From: a virus
Lineage: Duplodnaviria; Caudoviricetes
Direction: 5' to 3' (one strand)
Length of the DNA stretch: 64,000 nucleotides
Virus record (IMG/VR): IMGVR_UViG_2974626280_000001
Span: 9,169 to 73,168 of that record
The notes below the pieces were generated by a model, which had not been told where the DNA came from, ran no database searches, and saw only the letters and a program-made list of their open reading frames with translations. Below are positions 58,539 through 64,000 of this stretch, one piece after another; position 1 is the stretch's first letter, and each line of letters starts with the position of its first letter. The position numbers and the translations under genes are program-made.

Positions 58539-59053
58539 CCCAACCCGGCGACGACGGCGCAAAGGAATGCGCCCGCTGCAACCGGGTCCAACCTCTCACC
58601 TCATTCACTAAGGACTCCAGGCGGCTCGATGGCCGCCGCTCCTATTGCAAAGCATGTGAACGAGCCAGCAAGAAAGCGTACACCGAAAAGAACGCAGACG
58701 CGATAAAGCAGCGCAACCACGAACACCACCTAAAGCGCTGGCCGAAGAAAGGCAAGGTCATCAACCACCACAAGTCAATCAAGCGCTCGCTACGCAAGTA
58801 CGCCGGAGTCCTACGCCCGGACGAGATAGCCGAACGCATGGACCTGGCTCCACTCACCGTCATCGGCTACGCCTCGAAGTTCAGCATCAGCCTTGAGCTC
58901 ACCAAGATACACTGGCCGCCAGAAGACGAGGCAACGCTAATCAAGCTCAAAAGAGAGCGATGCAAGGATAAGGATATCGCAGCGCATTTAGGCCGGACAA
59001 TCGCGGCGGTCCGATGGAGATTAGTTGCCTTACGCAAAGAAGGCAAGCTATAA
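58520..59053 (+). CDS. Zinc-finger plus helix-turn-helix (Myb/GcrA-like) putative regulator
   Basis: CARC...YCKACE; IAERMDLAPLTV; WPPEDEATL...IAAHLGRTIAAVRWR; start uncertain. Confidence 0.65.
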   Translation: MGSRQVTQPGDDGAKECARCNRVQPLTSFTKDSRRLDGRRSYCKACERASKKAYTEKNADAIKQRNHEHHLKRWPKKGKVINHHKSIKRSLRKYAGVLRPDEIAERMDLAPLTVIGYASKFSISLELTKIHWPPEDEATLIKLKRERCKDKDIAAHLGRTIAAVRWRLVALRKEGKL

Positions 59054-59088
59054 TAAATCGTCAATAATTAACTCAACAGGTAAGTAAT

Positions 59089-59643
59089 ATGAATAACGTA
59101 AAGACCGAAGTGTTTAAAGAATCCGGCATCATCAAGTTCACGCACGAAAACTGGGACAGCGCGAAGTACCTGTTGTTGCGGGAAGTCTACGCCATAACGG
59201 AGCGCAAGCCGTACCTGCGACCGTCCGAAGAGGAGCTTGAGAAAATGACCTCTAACGAACGATTCTGGGCGGCATCGCGGTTGTACGACCCGGCTTGCGA
59301 CGTCATTTGCGACGTTCACACGAAGGAGAGAAAGACTGAGCTTTCATTATTCCTGACGCGTGAGGCCGCTGATACGCTCGTTGCTGAGTGGAGGGCCGTT
59401 AATACGCCTGAGCAAGTTGGCACGGTACGCAAGGCGATTGAACCTAAGATATCCCATAGCTATAGTGAGCTTTGGGCTAACATGGTCAACGGCGATAAGG
59501 CAAGCGCACGTTTCGTTGCGTATGACGTTGAAGAAGAGGGCGACGTCGTCCGGTTTGCTTTCGTCAGGGGCGGTCGTAAAGCGGAAGTGCACAAAGATGA
59601 AATAGCCCTGCAAAAACCCTGGAATAAAGAAGGTGGTGAATAA
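59089..59643 (+). CDS. Hypothetical protein
   Basis: RBS CAGG; coupled to the next gene. Confidence 0.65.
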   Translation: MNNVKTEVFKESGIIKFTHENWDSAKYLLLREVYAITERKPYLRPSEEELEKMTSNERFWAASRLYDPACDVICDVHTKERKTELSLFLTREAADTLVAEWRAVNTPEQVGTVRKAIEPKISHSYSELWANMVNGDKASARFVAYDVEEEGDVVRFAFVRGGRKAEVHKDEIALQKPWNKEGGE

Positions 59644-60059
59644 TGGCTAACATTGCTGGAATACCTGATGATGAAGTCGCCGCGATGGCGGAGCGTGCTG
59701 GCGTAAGCGTTGAAGAAATGGAAATCAAAATCAACGTACGTCAGGGAAACATTAACGAGCGTCAGCGAATGGAGGAAGCGAAAGCCAGGAAAAAGGCGAA
59801 CGACAGGAAGACGTACCGGCAAAAACAGGCGGAGCTTCGCGCCCAAGCCGATGCACGAAAGCAGGAGATTCTTGACCTAAAAGACCAGAAGCGCGACCTG
59901 AAAGAGCGAATCAGGGAGCTTCAAGAGAAGTTAATTGACGCTGATAAGGCGATAAAGAGAGTGCAAAAGACGGCCAAAAAGGATAAGGAAAGGCTATTCA
60001 ACGCAAATGCAAGGCTAAGGAAGATTCTTGCAGCGCATGGAATATCTACTCACGAATGA
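59643..60059 (+). CDS. Coiled-coil hypothetical protein
   Basis: TAATG coupling; K/R/E-rich heptads. Confidence 0.7.
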   Translation: MANIAGIPDDEVAAMAERAGVSVEEMEIKINVRQGNINERQRMEEAKARKKANDRKTYRQKQAELRAQADARKQEILDLKDQKRDLKERIRELQEKLIDADKAIKRVQKTAKKDKERLFNANARLRKILAAHGISTHE

Positions 60060-60074
60060 TGGTGCGCCAACATT

Positions 60075-60100
60075 GGCCGGATAATCCCGGCCTTTGCTCT
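60075..60100 (+). terminator. Intrinsic terminator
   Basis: GGCCGG-ATAATC-CCGGCC followed by TTTGCTCT. Confidence 0.65.
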
Positions 60101-60282
60101 TTAAAAATAGGTTAGAAAATATCGACTCTTTGTTGAGGATTTACGGTTCTTTACTGTTTGGGCATTAAATCTGAGTTAGTGTATGCATTTTACAGGCGAT
60201 TTATGCCCTAAAAAGGCCGGTGAACACACAAAATATCCTACAGGTGCATGATTCTATTATAAAAATCCTAGAATATCCGAAT

Positions 60283-60575
60283 GGTTATTTTTTGGTTATT
60301 CTATAAGCCGCTGTTGCCGCAGCACAATAACCGGAGTACCCGAAATATCCGAACTTTCCGAAAGTATTAAGGGTATACCTAAAAAAATGATAAATTCACT
60401 TAAAAAAAATACAGTGAATTTATTTTTAGACTACCTTCTACATAATCGAAATTTGTAGTTATTTAGGTTACTACGGTTATTTAAATACAGAACAGGTACT
60501 TAGAGAATATCCGAAAAATAACCAGCGGCTAAATTCCGGTTATTATCCTTTGCGGCAATCACCTCTAGGTTATTT
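60283..60575. repeat. AT-rich palindromic iteron element, copy B
   Basis: About a dozen GGWTATT/AATAWCC heptamers; central perfect 11-bp inverted repeat ATAAATTCACT (60390-60400) / AGTGAATTTAT (60413-60423); colinear with 8508-8795. Confidence 0.75.
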
Positions 60576-60683
60576 TCGAAGTACACTAGCGATGCGCATC
60601 CAGTACACGCTTCACCTCGTTCACCACCCATCTACCCGCTCTGAGCAGTGTCCACCAGCTTGCATTTATACACCACAACGGTG

Positions 60684-60713
60684 TTGACGCATCCACCAGC
60701 AGCGGCGTATAAT
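60684..60713 (+). promoter_or_regulatory. sigma70-like promoter for terS
   Basis: TTGACG-18-TATAAT, with a Chi site inside the spacer. Confidence 0.75.
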
Positions 60714-60753
60714 TACACCAGGCATCTTTAACCATTCACACAGGCGATTTCTC

Positions 60754-61236
60754 ATGAGTGCATCAGGAATTCTTTTACCAGAAGATTTTGAAGACTATAA
60801 CTTTGCGCTCAATAACAAAGAGCACTTTGACAAATACATTGATATGATCATTAAGGGCTACGACGAGACAACCGCACTACGTGTAGTCTTCGGCGAAGAG
60901 GCTTGTTCAGACGGAGGCTTCTGGGCGCGCATTTATGCTATTCGCCGGAATCGGTACTACAATCAGCAGTACCAACTTGCACTACAGAATATCAAACTGG
61001 AAGAGCTTTGGAATCCTCGCTTAGCCATTACGATGCTGCTCTTAATCGCACGCTCCAGTGAGAAACATTCTGCGCGTATTAACGCAATCAAAGAATTGAA
61101 TATCATGACAGGTATTACAGTGATGGACGAGGCTGGTAACACAAAACAGGGCCGGAGCATGGAAGATTTCTACGCGAAAATCCAGGAATCAGCCGATTCG
61201 CACTACCCACCAGCAAACGGCACTACCAAGCACTAA
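60754..61236 (+). CDS. terS: Terminase small subunit (PB1-type)
   Basis: FDKYID...WARIYA...LWNP...SARINAIKELN...DEAGNT...DFYA follows the motif order I recall for PB1-like TerS. Confidence 0.75.
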   Translation: MSASGILLPEDFEDYNFALNNKEHFDKYIDMIIKGYDETTALRVVFGEEACSDGGFWARIYAIRRNRYYNQQYQLALQNIKLEELWNPRLAITMLLLIARSSEKHSARINAIKELNIMTGITVMDEAGNTKQGRSMEDFYAKIQESADSHYPPANGTTKH

Positions 61237-61334
61237 AATTACACAAGCTTTCAGGGGTAGGCGCGGCGAATCCATACTAAGCTGCCCTACCCCACCAGTT
61301 TCGCACTACAACCCACGAGAATGCCACCTATTGG

Positions 61335-61622
61335 TTATAGTACATAACGACGAATCCACACTATACCTTTCGCACTAAGGTTAAACTCTTCCACACTAGC
61401 GTCATGCCCATTATCGAAGACAACCTGACCAGTGTCCCTGCGTAACCGCCAGCAGAAGTCCATAGTGACCAGATTCGCACTATTAAGCGCAGAGCCTTTC
61501 AGCCAGCCATAGTCGCAACCCGTACTATCCGCATAAAGCTCTAACCGTCCACCAGCGTTATCGGGTTGCACTAGGACTGGCTCATTAGCCACCAGCGCGG
61601 CCACCAGCAATAGACTCTTCAT
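61335..61622 (-). CDS. Secreted/early hypothetical protein
   Basis: Short signal-like start MKSLLLVAALVA; ATGA overlap. Confidence 0.65.
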   Translation of the reverse strand: MKSLLLVAALVANEPVLVQPDNAGGRLELYADSTGCDYGWLKGSALNSANLVTMDFCWRLRRDTGQVVFDNGHDASVEEFNLSAKGIVWIRRYVL

Positions 61623-61828
61623 CCGACAATCCGCACTATACCGCCTCGACGGGCAATCCGGTCAAAGAACGAATCGCGGAAGCTGAAGTCATCTTGCACT
61701 ACGACGACAGAGCGCTTAATCTGCTCCGCTACAACGTCCAGCTTTTGCACTACAGGCTTATTCAGGTTCAGGCCACCAGCGGCCTCAACCATCATGCGCT
61801 CATAATCTGCACTATTAAGCTCTTTCAT
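61619..61828 (-). CDS. Early hypothetical protein
   Basis: RBS GGAG. Confidence 0.65.
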   Translation of the reverse strand: MKELNSADYERMMVEAAGGLNLNKPVVQKLDVVAEQIKRSVVVVQDDFSFRDSFFDRIARRGGIVRIVG

Positions 61829-61846
61829 AATGTTCTCCAGATGTGA

Positions 61847-61868
61847 GAAAAGGCCGGATAACCCGGCC
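61847..61868 (-). terminator. Intrinsic terminator
   Basis: GGCCGG/CCGGCC stem with T tract on the minus strand. Confidence 0.65.
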
Positions 61869-61877
61869 CGATTTGCA

Positions 61878-62414
61878 CTACACGATTTCGAAGCGGTACG
61901 CGACGCCTACCCAATCGAACACCGCCACTTTCGCTTCCTTAAGCTTCATGCGGAACCGGATGTGCTTGCTGTCCGGCAGGTTAAGCGCGGTAAACGCAGC
62001 TCTAACCGATTTAAACTCTTCTTCCTTATCGCCCCATTTAACGATAACGCCGTTGCGGGTCATGCGGGCTTCAAACACCTTCTCATTGCCCCAGCTCGCC
62101 TTAATCCCTTCGGAGTTCGATTTCCGCTCGCTGGTCTTCTCTTCCACCAGCTCGCTTTTAACCTTCGCTTCAAATTCTTCGTCGGTCATCGCGTCGTAAT
62201 CCGGCGCTGGCTCTTCGGCCTTAACCGGGCGCGGAGAGTGGACTACTACCGGGCGGACATTATCATCTTCCCAGGCCAGCGCGTTAACCAGCGCCGTTAC
62301 GCGTTTTTCGGCGGTAGCGCGGTCAGCGAACTTCTTAACCGGTTTTTCGCTATGGAGGTTGTAAAACTCCACCAGCTCCTTCGTAGAAGCGGTTGCGACG
62401 TCGATGGTGTTCAT
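61878..62414 (-). CDS. Early hypothetical protein
   Basis: RBS GAGGA; own strong promoter; ELVEFYN...VKKFADRATAEKR motif. Confidence 0.75.
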   Translation of the reverse strand: MNTIDVATASTKELVEFYNLHSEKPVKKFADRATAEKRVTALVNALAWEDDNVRPVVVHSPRPVKAEEPAPDYDAMTDEEFEAKVKSELVEEKTSERKSNSEGIKASWGNEKVFEARMTRNGVIVKWGDKEEEFKSVRAAFTALNLPDSKHIRFRMKLKEAKVAVFDWVGVAYRFEIV

Positions 62415-62445
62415 AGCTAAATCCTCATTTCGTTTCGATAAATAC

Positions 62446-62474
62446 ATTATAGGTGAACCGTGTATTAAAGTAAA
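62446..62474 (-). promoter_or_regulatory. Strong early promoter (TTTACT class)
   Basis: TTTACT-17-TATAAT. Confidence 0.85.
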
Positions 62475-62548
62475 GCACTTTCTTAAAATATTTTCGAAAA
62501 GATGGAAAGTATTTTAAGAAGCCCGGTTATCGTTACCGGGCGGAACGG

Positions 62549-62749
62549 TTAGCCGAAGAGGATAGCCTCTAAGACTTCGGCGGCGTCTTCCTTCGATGCA
62601 TGTTTAGAATCGAGGTGCCATACATATTCGCCGTAATGGCGGGTATAGATATAGACCTTTCCTTCGTCTTCGGTTTTACGAACCATCTTACCCTGTAGGC
62701 TGGAGATAGGACGCTGGTACACTTCGTTAAGGTTAAGTTTTCGAGCCAT
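62549..62749 (-). CDS. Early hypothetical protein
   Basis: RBS GAGG; own promoter and terminator. Confidence 0.75.
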   Translation of the reverse strand: MARKLNLNEVYQRPISSLQGKMVRKTEDEGKVYIYTRHYGEYVWHLDSKHASKEDAAEVLEAILFG

Positions 62750-62782
62750 CTTTCTATACCTCGTTTTCGTTTCGATAAGTAC

Positions 62783-62810
62783 ATTATAGATGAGCGACGA
62801 AAAAAGTAAA
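62783..62810 (-). promoter_or_regulatory. Strong early promoter (TTTACT class)
   Basis: TTTACT-16-TATAAT. Confidence 0.75.
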
Positions 62811-62864
62811 GCATTTTTTCGACATTTTTATTTAAATTATTTTCGAAAAAATGAGAGATTTTTC

Positions 62865-62893
62865 TTTACTTCCATCTTAGCCTATCTTATAAT
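62865..62893 (+). promoter_or_regulatory. Strong early promoter (TTTACT class)
   Basis: TTTACT-17-TATAAT with AT-rich UP region. Confidence 0.85.
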
Positions 62894-62947
62894 GTATCTC
62901 ATAGGGCGACGGAATAGACCGAAGCCGAAACGAACGAGGATTTAAAG

Positions 62948-63232
62948 ATGGCTAAACTAACCGCTACCGAACTCGCTAACGCGTCCGCTTTCTTCGCTGG
63001 CGAGTACGTTCCTTACGCTTCCCTACTCGCCGCTAACGTGGGCGTTAAAATCGGCGAAGAAATCCCCGCCGAAGTAGTAGGAGATTTCGGTTTCGACGAC
63101 GAAGAAGGTGCGTATCTCGATACCGTCGACGGGCGCGAAATCCGGGTTATCGAAACCGAACTTTACGTAGCCGCCGAAGACGTAGCGACCGGAGAAGTTG
63201 CCTTCTTCGCCCTCGAAGAAATCGAAGAATAA
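62948..63232 (+). CDS. Highly acidic early protein (candidate DNA mimic)
   Basis: 94 aa, about 22 D/E versus 4 K/R; RBS GAGGA. Confidence 0.75.
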   Translation: MAKLTATELANASAFFAGEYVPYASLLAANVGVKIGEEIPAEVVGDFGFDDEEGAYLDTVDGREIRVIETELYVAAEDVATGEVAFFALEEIEE

Positions 63233-63270
63233 AAAGATGTAAATATTTCGGATAAAGTGAGAAATAAAGC

Positions 63271-63299
63271 TTTACTAGTCGGACACTTTATCCTATAAT
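63271..63299 (+). promoter_or_regulatory. Strong early promoter (TTTACT class)
   Basis: TTTACT-17-TATAAT. Confidence 0.85.
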
Positions 63300-63357
63300 G
63301 TTTATATCGGAAGGGGAAATGAACCTCTTCTACCTAACCTAAAACGAGGACTTAAAA

Positions 63358-63624
63358 ATGACTAACATGACTAAAGAAATTATCGCTATCCTGATGGCTT
63401 CTAAAACTAACGAAGGTGTTGCGTTCTCCGAAATTACCGGCCATGTCCGCCTCGTCGTCGATAACACCGAAACGTCCGAAGTTGCGAGCCTCATCGTTAC
63501 CGGCTTCGTTCCTAACCTCGACGACGATATGGACGACGAATTAGCTCCGGTATGGTTACATAAATATTCTTTCGGATGGATGCTCGGACTCGATAACGGC
63601 GACCAGTACGCTATCCTTAACTAA
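63358..63624 (+). CDS. Acidic early hypothetical protein
   Basis: RBS GAGGA; DDDMDDE patch. Confidence 0.75.
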   Translation: MTNMTKEIIAILMASKTNEGVAFSEITGHVRLVVDNTETSEVASLIVTGFVPNLDDDMDDELAPVWLHKYSFGWMLGLDNGDQYAILN

Positions 63625-63643
63625 AAATACACAGCCTTACATT

Positions 63644-63670
63644 AGCCTCGCTTATAGCGGGGCTTTCGTC
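63644..63670 (+). terminator. Intrinsic terminator
   Basis: AGCCTCGCT-TAT-AGCGGGGCT followed by TTCGTC. Confidence 0.65.
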
Positions 63671-63783
63671 GTTCTATCCCCTTCCTCCGCTATACCCTCT
63701 CTTAGAAAGTGTTCCCTTGGTTAATGTTGTTATGTCGAATAATAACGCTCGTTAATTATATCTTCGCCGCGCTGTCGCGTCCG

Positions 63784-63995
63784 GTATAGTTAGGACGGAG
63801 ATAGTTTGAGGGTTAATGGTATGGGAGCTAATTGTTACGGTCGGTGATGGTTAGCTGACGAATGATTATGCTGCGTATTGTATGTTGCGTAATTGTTAGG
63901 GCGCGAATGATTACGGTGCGTGATGGTTTGCTGACTAATCATTAGCCTTCTAATTACAAGCGAAATAATGGTTAGTGCGCTAATCATTGAGTGTG
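63784..63995. repeat. Degenerate 15-16-bp tandem array with 76-bp higher-order period
   Basis: 14 units, most beginning with a KWATNRTTA-like box, at 63784, 63799, 63814, 63829, 63844, 63860, 63875, 63890, 63905, 63920, 63936, 63951, 63966, 63981. Confidence 0.75.
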
Positions 63996-64000
63996 CCCTT

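Larger units (their letters stand above)
60874..61880 (+). repeat. Dispersed single-strand array of GCACTA hexamers (consensus YYYGCACTA)
   Basis: 14 copies: 60874, 60979, 61200, 61220, 61230, 61303, 61372, 61477, 61568, 61633, 61696, 61747, 61809, 61875. Confidence 0.8.
60652..62376 (-). other. Cluster of nine co-oriented Chi sites (GCTGGTGG on the minus strand)
   Basis: CCACCAGC at 60652, 60693, 61207, 61549, 61589, 61601, 61773, 62144, 62369. Confidence 0.85.

Noticed and set aside
61830-62420. 196-aa plus-strand ORF in the early region
   Set aside because: Antisense to a gene with its own strong promoter, RBS and terminator
63784-63995. Possible CRISPR mini-array
   Set aside because: Units are 15-16 bp and degenerate, with 6-7-bp spacers and no cas genes or leader
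1-64000. tRNA, rRNA, integrase, repressor/att site, transposase
   Set aside because: No cloverleaf, rRNA-like or recombinase motifs were recognised; a tRNAscan run would be needed to exclude tRNAs fully

Overview
This window is a nearly complete, circularly permuted genome of a lytic contractile-tailed phage of the PB1/Wifcevirus type (Lindbergviridae-like). The host is probably enterobacterial, an inference from sigma70-type promoters and a cluster of E. coli Chi sites. Layout: (1) a truncated head-fibre-like gene, then terL; (2) small leftward accessory genes, including a lipoprotein serine protease; (3) a rightward morphogenesis module (portal fused to a pyrophosphatase-like domain, head morphogenesis, protease/scaffold, capsid, neck, sheath, tubes, tape measure with a lytic transglycosylase domain, baseplate, fibres, GH19 endolysin); (4) a leftward replication and nucleotide module (ATP ligase, MazG-like, holin, SSB-like, SNF2 helicase, DnaE-type polymerase, DEDDh exonuclease, a candidate base-modification cluster, RecD-like helicase); (5) a rightward primase/helicase region with many small genes; (6) terS; (7) an early region with strong promoters. 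I saw no integrase, tRNA, rRNA or CRISPR array. The most notable observations are a divergent ThyX with UGM-like flavoenzyme, SDR, VOC, HAD and NTP-pyrophosphatase genes that look like a thymidine hypermodification pathway, and several sequence signals laid over the region 60.2-64 kb. These signals are a second copy of a 300-bp palindromic iteron element, nine co-oriented Chi sites, an array of GCACTA hexamers, a zone almost free of CAA/TTG, and a 15-bp-period tandem array. All counts are manual, and all family calls come from motif recognition without database searches.
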